Translations under genes and position numbers: made by a program
Notes under the pieces: generated by a model
What the model saw: the letters and a program-made list of their open reading frames with translations, nothing else
Database searches by the model: none
Told to the model about the DNA's origin: nothing
In this document: positions 56,284 through 64,000 of the stretch, one piece after another
Layout: every line of letters begins with the position of its first letter
Numbering within the stretch: position 1 is the first letter of the stretch
Source of the DNA: Octopus vulgaris
Taxonomy: Eukaryota
Reading direction: 5' to 3'
Length of the DNA: 64,000 nucleotides
Assembly: GCA_951406725.2 (NCBI GenBank)
Contig: OX597832.1
Location: 17,236,001 to 17,300,000 of the forward strand

Positions 56284-56488
56284 GCGAAAATGACGGCAAC
56301 AATCGAAGCACCTATGAGACAACAGTATCAACAGCAACAATGAGACTTTTACTTTTTTATTTATTTATTTTTTTTTGTTTATTAATATCATTATTATCAT
56401 AATTTAGTCCGCAACAAAAAGCAACTACAAGAATAATTAACGTACTCATCGTCTCCATCAAAACAACAACGACGACAACGACAATAAC

Positions 56489-56590
<102 letters not shown>

Positions 56591-56597
56591 AGTATTA

Positions 56598-56651
<54 letters not shown>

Positions 56652-56693
56652 GTCGCTGTCGTTGTTGATGTTGTTGTCATTATTATTATTATC

Positions 56694-56771
<78 letters not shown>

Positions 56772-57208
56772 GTTATCATTATTGTTATCATTATTATTAC
56801 CAGTATCATCTTTATCGTCAACATTATCATCATAGTTATCGTCATCATTCCGAATTAAAGTGACAATGACAAAACAAACAAAAGAAAACAAAACAAAATG
56901 AAGAAGAAGAAGAAGAAGGAAAAAAAATTCCACAAATAATGTTAATAACAGCTTCGCCACGGCAATTAAATAAACGTTACACCAATATTAATTGAATCAA
57001 ATCTACAGCTATTTGTAAATTAGTTTAAAATTTTTCAGGAATTGATTTTGAAATTCTGAAAGTAACTTTTGTACAAAAATACAAGTGTATTGTTATTTTC
57101 TATAAAGCCATCACTTCCGTCCCCAGAGCGCATGACAACTCAGGAATAACCGGCAGGCTGTCAGGCTTGTAAATAAATGTGGATTCGATATATTGTCTTG
57201 TGTGTGTT

Positions 57209-57303
<95 letters not shown>

Positions 57304-57752
57304 ACTCGTTTGTTTACATTTGTATGCTAGTGAAGTTCTGTGTATGCGATTGTAAATATATTTGCGTGAGTTGATGGAGTTGATGCGAATGTGAAGGTGT
57401 GTATTCCTACTTATAGAATTCGTATGTCTTTTAAAGAATATGTATGTATGAGTTTTTAGCAATAGCATTGTTTCTCACTGTGTATGCAGGCATCTATGTA
57501 TTTATGTATGTATTTTGTAAGTATGTATATATAAATATACGCGTTTATATATCGATGTATGTATAAATTTAAGCGTTTACGTATCTAGGTTTTAACATAT
57601 TACCTGTGCATTCAATGTGTTTATATGTATTTTCCAATTATGTATATATGTATATATGCATACCTGTATGTCTGTATACCTCTTTATCTGTGTCTGTATG
57701 CATATACGTATGTTGTATGTATGCTAGTATGTTTTATATATTTAAATGCATG

Positions 57753-57792
<40 letters not shown>

Positions 57793-59147
57793 TAATGTAT
57801 GTAGTTTGTATGTGTGTTTGTTTATTCTATGTGTGTATACATATATGCTGCCTGTGTGTGTTTATGTACCATATTGTTCGTCGTGGTGTTTGTGTTAATA
57901 TAACTATAAGATTGAAAGCATTGATGAGAAATAAAAACGTTCGCTTTATAATCGTGCTATCTCGAGATCAATACCACCAAGTATCATCTTGGACAAGCAT
58001 CTTTTACAATGGTCCCGAATAGGCCATTAGTGAATAAAATCACGTAGTTTGAGACGGCACACAAACTCGTCTATCTGATGGTATTAGTGGTCAAAGTAGA
58101 AAGCGTTCCCTTGCCAATGTGTCTGAGAAATGGATACAAACAGACATCCCTTCATACTCTCAACAAACACACGTGCATTGTCTACGTTTAAGGCTGGTAA
58201 ATCAACTGCAGAAGAATAAGTGCCAAATTATCGCATTTATCCTTTTTAAAACAGGAAGGCAACAGAACAGAACTCGATGAAGCCAGACATGCAACATGTT
58301 ATAAAATCACAGAATGGCCACAGCTGGAATGCCTTTTATGATAAGGGTGCCAGTGCCGTAGATAGAGAGGGTGTTGCTCGAGTTACTCCTTGAACGTGCC
58401 GCCTCCGCTCCCTATACAGGCTTATACAACAGGCCCAAACTGCCTCCATAAAAAAGTCATACGGGGTGAACCTCTCACATCACTCCGCTCTAGCTACGCT
58501 ACAGAAATGTGTTCCGTTGTATTAATCTATTACTTAAGTTTCAATAATAATAACAACACACGCACAAAAATAGTTGCTACACTCTGCTAGAGTCAGTAGC
58601 CAAATCTACATGAATGATTATGCACTCTTTGAATGAGAAGTTGGATGTCCTGTTCTTTGAGGTATCCGTCTTAGGAAAGATCAAAATTACTTCAGCCTCC
58701 CTATGTTTGATCGATCCGTTTTAAATGGTAGCTGAATGTTAAAATACTTACAAATTACTGTCTTATATACGTTGATATGTGTCAGCCAACCAAGATCGTC
58801 ACCTTGTAGGTAGCGACTGCTAGTTATTGCACACATATGTCCCTCAAATTAGTGTTGGTCTGCGACTAAATTCCATCAAGTAAGAATTACAATACATACA
58901 GAAGTGTAATCGTACATCTTGCTTGAAATAACAGCCAAATCTGCCAGAAAGCACTCGTTAGTTGTCTTGCTTCTTCAAGTTCCGTTCCTATGTAACCTTT
59001 CCGTCTTATAAAAATGACAAATACGATAATTTGGCCCTTGTTCTTCTGTAGTTGATTGACCTGTTTTAAAAAAGTAGATGCATCTCAACCAAACTACCGC
59101 CTATAAAATTATATATATTTATATGAGCGTTCCCGATACAATCGTTT

Positions 59148-59780
59148 ATCTTTTATTTGTTTTTTCATCACTGGACTGCGACCATGCTGGGGCACCACCT
59201 GGAAGGGCTTACTTCACCCCAGTATTTATACATTTAATTATGGTATATATTTCTTCGGACACTTTTGGCGAATTGTTAAGTTGCACGGACGTAAACCAGT
59301 CAAAACCGGCTGTGAAGCAGTAGGGATGAGACAAACACAAACACAAAAGCACACACAAGCACACAAAGACGCGTATTTTATATAAGGGCTTTCACGCAAA
59401 CGGCGTTAATCAAATTCACTCGCACGGCATTGGTTGGCTTAAAGGCGGCGAGCTGGCAGAAACGTTAGCACGTCGGGCGAAATGCTAAGTGGTATTTCGT
59501 CTGCCTCTACGTTCTGAGTTCAAATTCCGCCGAGGTCGACTTTGCCTTTCATCCTTTCGGGGTCGATTAAATAAGTACCAGTTATGCATTGGGGTCGATG
59601 TAATCGACTTAATCCGTTTGTCTGTCCTTGTTTGTTCTCTCTGTGTGTAGCTCATTGTGGGTAGTAAAGAAATAGGCATTGGTTGGCTTACAAAAATTCC
59701 ACATGACCAAGATGCCATGCAGCGGACTTAATTCGAAACCGAATGTTTGTAAAGCATCGTGCTTGGCCACACAGCAATGT
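59148..59780 (-). mobile_element. Old SINE family A copy interrupted by a family B insertion
   Basis: gactgcgaccatgctggggcaccacc...aaattcactc continues after 59690 (ccaagatgccatgcagcggact). Confidence 0.6.
59442..59674 (+). mobile_element. SINE family B, full-length, with perfect 16-bp TSD
   Basis: ggcattggttggctta at 59426-59441 and 59675-59690. Confidence 0.92.
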
Positions 59781-60359
59781 CTATGCCAAAATGATAAGTA
59801 CAAATTGCTAGAAACAGAAGCCATGTCTCTTTCAACTCACAGTCTATCATCTTCGGAAAGGACGCACTTCATAATTGTTTATACATCATCCGGTGAGGAG
59901 TGTAAGATTTAAGAAGAGATGTGGTGCGTATATATTTGAAAATGAGAGTATGTATATATAGGTGATTGAAAAACTAAAAGAATATATAAATATGCGTGTG
60001 TGCGTTGTGTGTGTGTGTGTGTGCATGGATGTGTCCGTGTGAATATACATATATGTTTTATCTTTGTGCATACAAATTTACACGTATATATGTATATCAG
60101 ACAAACAGATACATATATATGCGCGCGCGCGTGTGTGTGAGTGAGTGAGAGAGGGAGAGCATATAATATCTATATATACGGATTATGATAAACATGTATG
60201 AACTCAATGAGAGAAACAATCACAGCCCTGAAACTTCGCACACAGGCACACATACATATTTCCACCACATATACTCACGCACCCACACATATACATATTC
60301 ATACGTATGTGTATGTATGTATGTATATATGAATCTGTCTGTGTGTCTGTCTCTCTCCC

Positions 60360-60421
<62 letters not shown>

Positions 60422-60454
60422 GTCTCTATCTATCTATCTATCTATCTATCTATA

Positions 60455-60503
<49 letters not shown>

Positions 60504-60522
60504 GTCTGTCTGTCTGTCTGTA

Positions 60523-60599
<77 letters not shown>

Positions 60600-62237
60600 C
60601 TTTTTCTAAGCTGAAAAAAGCTACCACTTTATTCCCTAGAGCGGAGACGCAAGAGATGTCTAATAATTAACATGTAGAAACTTCTGGAAGGTCTAGTACC
60701 TAACTTCAGCTAGCCAATGTAGATCCAGATTTCTTGAAAAAAGGAATTAGGCATCCTCTTATACCCAATATCAGATGAACTAACATCTATTATTATGTAT
60801 TATGCCAAACTCTCCCACACACCAAATGAGACAATAACCATTCAAGAAGCAACATTCAAGAGTGATGATACGACATCCGCCACCCAGATGAAATCAACAA
60901 CATAAGAGGGCTGTGGAGAGGTTACAAAATCACGATGGTGCTCTAGCATAACTGCAACCGAGTGACTGAAACGCATAATGTGTATATATATATACATATA
61001 TATATGAGAGGACTCCTTTATGCTAGAAGAAACAGCTAAAGTCCAAACCACTAATTTGGGACTGTGTTTGGGTTTGAATATTTTACGAACCTCTTAAAAT
61101 TCCATTTTCTTGTTGAATCTATGCACAAAACTACACACACACACACCCAGGTGTGTGTGTGTGTGTATTTATATAAAGCAACAACAGATTGTGGTATTCT
61201 GCATTGTTAGAAGAGTGAAAGCTGTTATTGATGTTTGAGATGACTGGGAGTTGCATTTTGGCTCAACAGATTCTTCAACAAAATCTCATTGACTTGAAAA
61301 GAGCTACAGAGACGGAATTTGAAGTCCAAGGCCTTGTCGGCTGAAACATAATTAACATGCATATACATACATATATACAAATATATAAATATATACATGC
61401 GTATATACACACACGCATATATACATATAAATATATATGGATATATATATATATATATATAATGATATGGTGTAAGTTGAGGGTAATCTTTAATTACCTC
61501 CAAAACAGGAGAGTAACTGATTTAAACAGAAAGTTCAAAAGGTACTTGTTGAGTGGCATGAAAAGTCTGAAAGTCCAGCAAATAAGGAATGGTAAAAACA
61601 ACTTTCTATGCTACCATTGTTTTCCATTCTTTTAGCTTTCATTGTTGTTTCTTTGTGCGAGTTGTTGTTGATTTTGGCGTTGTTATTTTTTTCAAATTGC
61701 GGTTTTCATCCTTCTTTTTTTTTTCAAATTTTATTTTTTATAATTTAATTTTATTTTGCATTTACTTTTGTAATCGTATTTATTTATTTATTTCTGCATT
61801 TGATATATATCAATTTTTTTTTTTATTTCTTTATTTATTTTTTTTTGAAATCATACAAACCATGAAAGGTAAATTCAAAAGTCCCAAGTTCGGTCTTTTC
61901 CTTCGGCTTTGATGTGTGACAATTGTTCATTTTCCATGATTCAAGCAATCTTTTGGTGGATTCTCGACGTTGTTGTCATTCGAACTATAGTGACAGACAA
62001 TGCTTACAGAAAAATAATACAAAGAAAAACAAAAACAACAATAAAAATAACTAATCCAAAAGATACAAATGTTAAGAATTCCCCACCTCCAAATAAAAAG
62101 TATCATCAACAAGAGAAGATAACTTTGAGAGAGTTGCACCAACTATATTTACGTGTACGTTTGTGTGTGACTCCAAGTTTTTCACCCTCTGCCTGTCACA
62201 GTTTTCCTACCAGGCTGTCTTTCAGTCTATCTATCAT

Positions 62238-62294
<57 letters not shown>

Positions 62295-62722
62295 CTCTTT
62301 ATCTTCTGTCTAATCTCTTCACACTATCTTTCATTCTCTTCTCCACGCTCTCCTGCTTTTTCGCTTTTGATACGTTTTCTTTCCCATTTTTTACTTACAC
62401 ATATACACGTGCATGCATACATACATACTTACATATACATATATATAACTGTATTCGCATACTTATGCTTATATGTATACATATATATATATACACACAT
62501 ATATATTATATATACATCCCTTTATATATGTATATATACATATATATGTATATATATATATGTATATGTATATGTATATATATATGTGTCTGTGTATACG
62601 TATGTAGGCAGATACACATACATGGAAAAATAGATACGGATGAAAGCATATATACTTAAGTACACGCGCACACGCTTACAAAATCGTACACATCTTAGAC
62701 GAAAAGTTACCAAAATACCTTC

Positions 62723-62792
<70 letters not shown>

Positions 62793-63185
62793 TATATATG
62801 TATGTATGTATGTATATATGCCGAAAAGTCATGTAATGGGTGTATTGACAAAAGCTGAAAAAAAGATGTGATATTTTTACTTTTAACAAAACGAAGAAAG
62901 AAGATACGAATAAAATACATACATACATATATAGATAGATACTTACATACATACACGCATACACACACTCACACACACACATAAGCATATGTAGACATAT
63001 ATACAAGACCAGGACACCTAAACAAAACAATAGGTATACTACCACTGTTAATAATACTATTACTAATACTGTTACTGTTGATAAGAATGATAACAAATAT
63101 AATAACCACAGCAAGAACATCAATACCACAATACCAACAAGAGGAGCAACAATGAAATACCATCAATAACAACAACAACAACAAC

Positions 63186-63240
<55 letters not shown>

Positions 63241-63423
63241 GTAAGAAGAAGGAGGAGTAGAAGAAGAAGAAGAAGAAGAAGAAGAAGAAGAAGGAGAAAT
63301 TGAAGAAGTAGGAATAGAAGAAGAAGAAGAAGAAGAAGAAGAAGAAGAAGAAGAACAAGAAGAAAAAGAAGAAAAAGAAGAAGAAAAATAACTGGAATGA
63401 TAATAATGATATTGATGATGATG

Positions 63424-63469
<46 letters not shown>

Positions 63470-64000
63470 TAATAATAATAATAATGATGATGATGATGAT
63501 GATGATAATAATACTGATAATAAATAATAGCAGAAGGATTAACTAACTACATATTGTATCCAAGTATGTTGTATTCAGTGAAATAGAATCAGATGCAATT
63601 CTTTAGATGGCTATAGATTGTAACCATGCATACAATGCGTTTCTTACTACTTGATTACCACTCTTGTACTCTTTCACAGTAGAGAAGGTTTCGATATGGT
63701 GACTGCCACTGTAACCAATCAGATTTTATTTTAATTTTTTTTTTCGTATTTTCTGCGGTGTTTTCTTTAAAATTTTTTTTTGTAAGGTGTTTTTATCTCG
63801 GAGTTTTATTTCTATATATTTATTTATTTATTATTTATTTTTTTTAGCTATAAGAATTCTTTACTTTCGAAGACTTTATTTATTTATATGTATTTTTATT
63901 ATTTGTATTGCGTGCATTTTTTTAAACGATGTTTATTTTATTTTATTTATTTATACATTTATTTATTTATTTTGGCTGTTATGTGCTATATTTTATGTTT

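Overview
AT-rich eukaryotic, repeat-saturated non-coding DNA (intergenic or large intron). The microsatellite density and SINE families look like an octopus (coleoid cephalopod) genome; this is recognition from memory, not a database result. No host protein-coding exon could be identified, and nearly all ORFs in the track are microsatellite artefacts. Supported content: a near-complete IR/DR-type Tc1 (DD34E) transposon (12239-13856, one frameshift); maT-like and mariner relics; 3' ends of a CR1-like and an L1/Tx1-like LINE, each sharing a tail with one of two abundant tRNA-derived SINE families; and a Penelope-like GIY-YIG fragment. The most notable signal is several families of short elements carrying minimal type-I hammerhead ribozyme (HHR) motifs, some arranged as fold-backs. 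The best 'system' candidate is a ~1.25 kb head-to-head inverted composite (53275-54520) with arms of tRNA-like Pol III head + (TAA)n + HHR tail, i.e. a putative Penelope-mobilised, ribozyme-tailed SINE. Boundaries of degenerate repeats are approximate.
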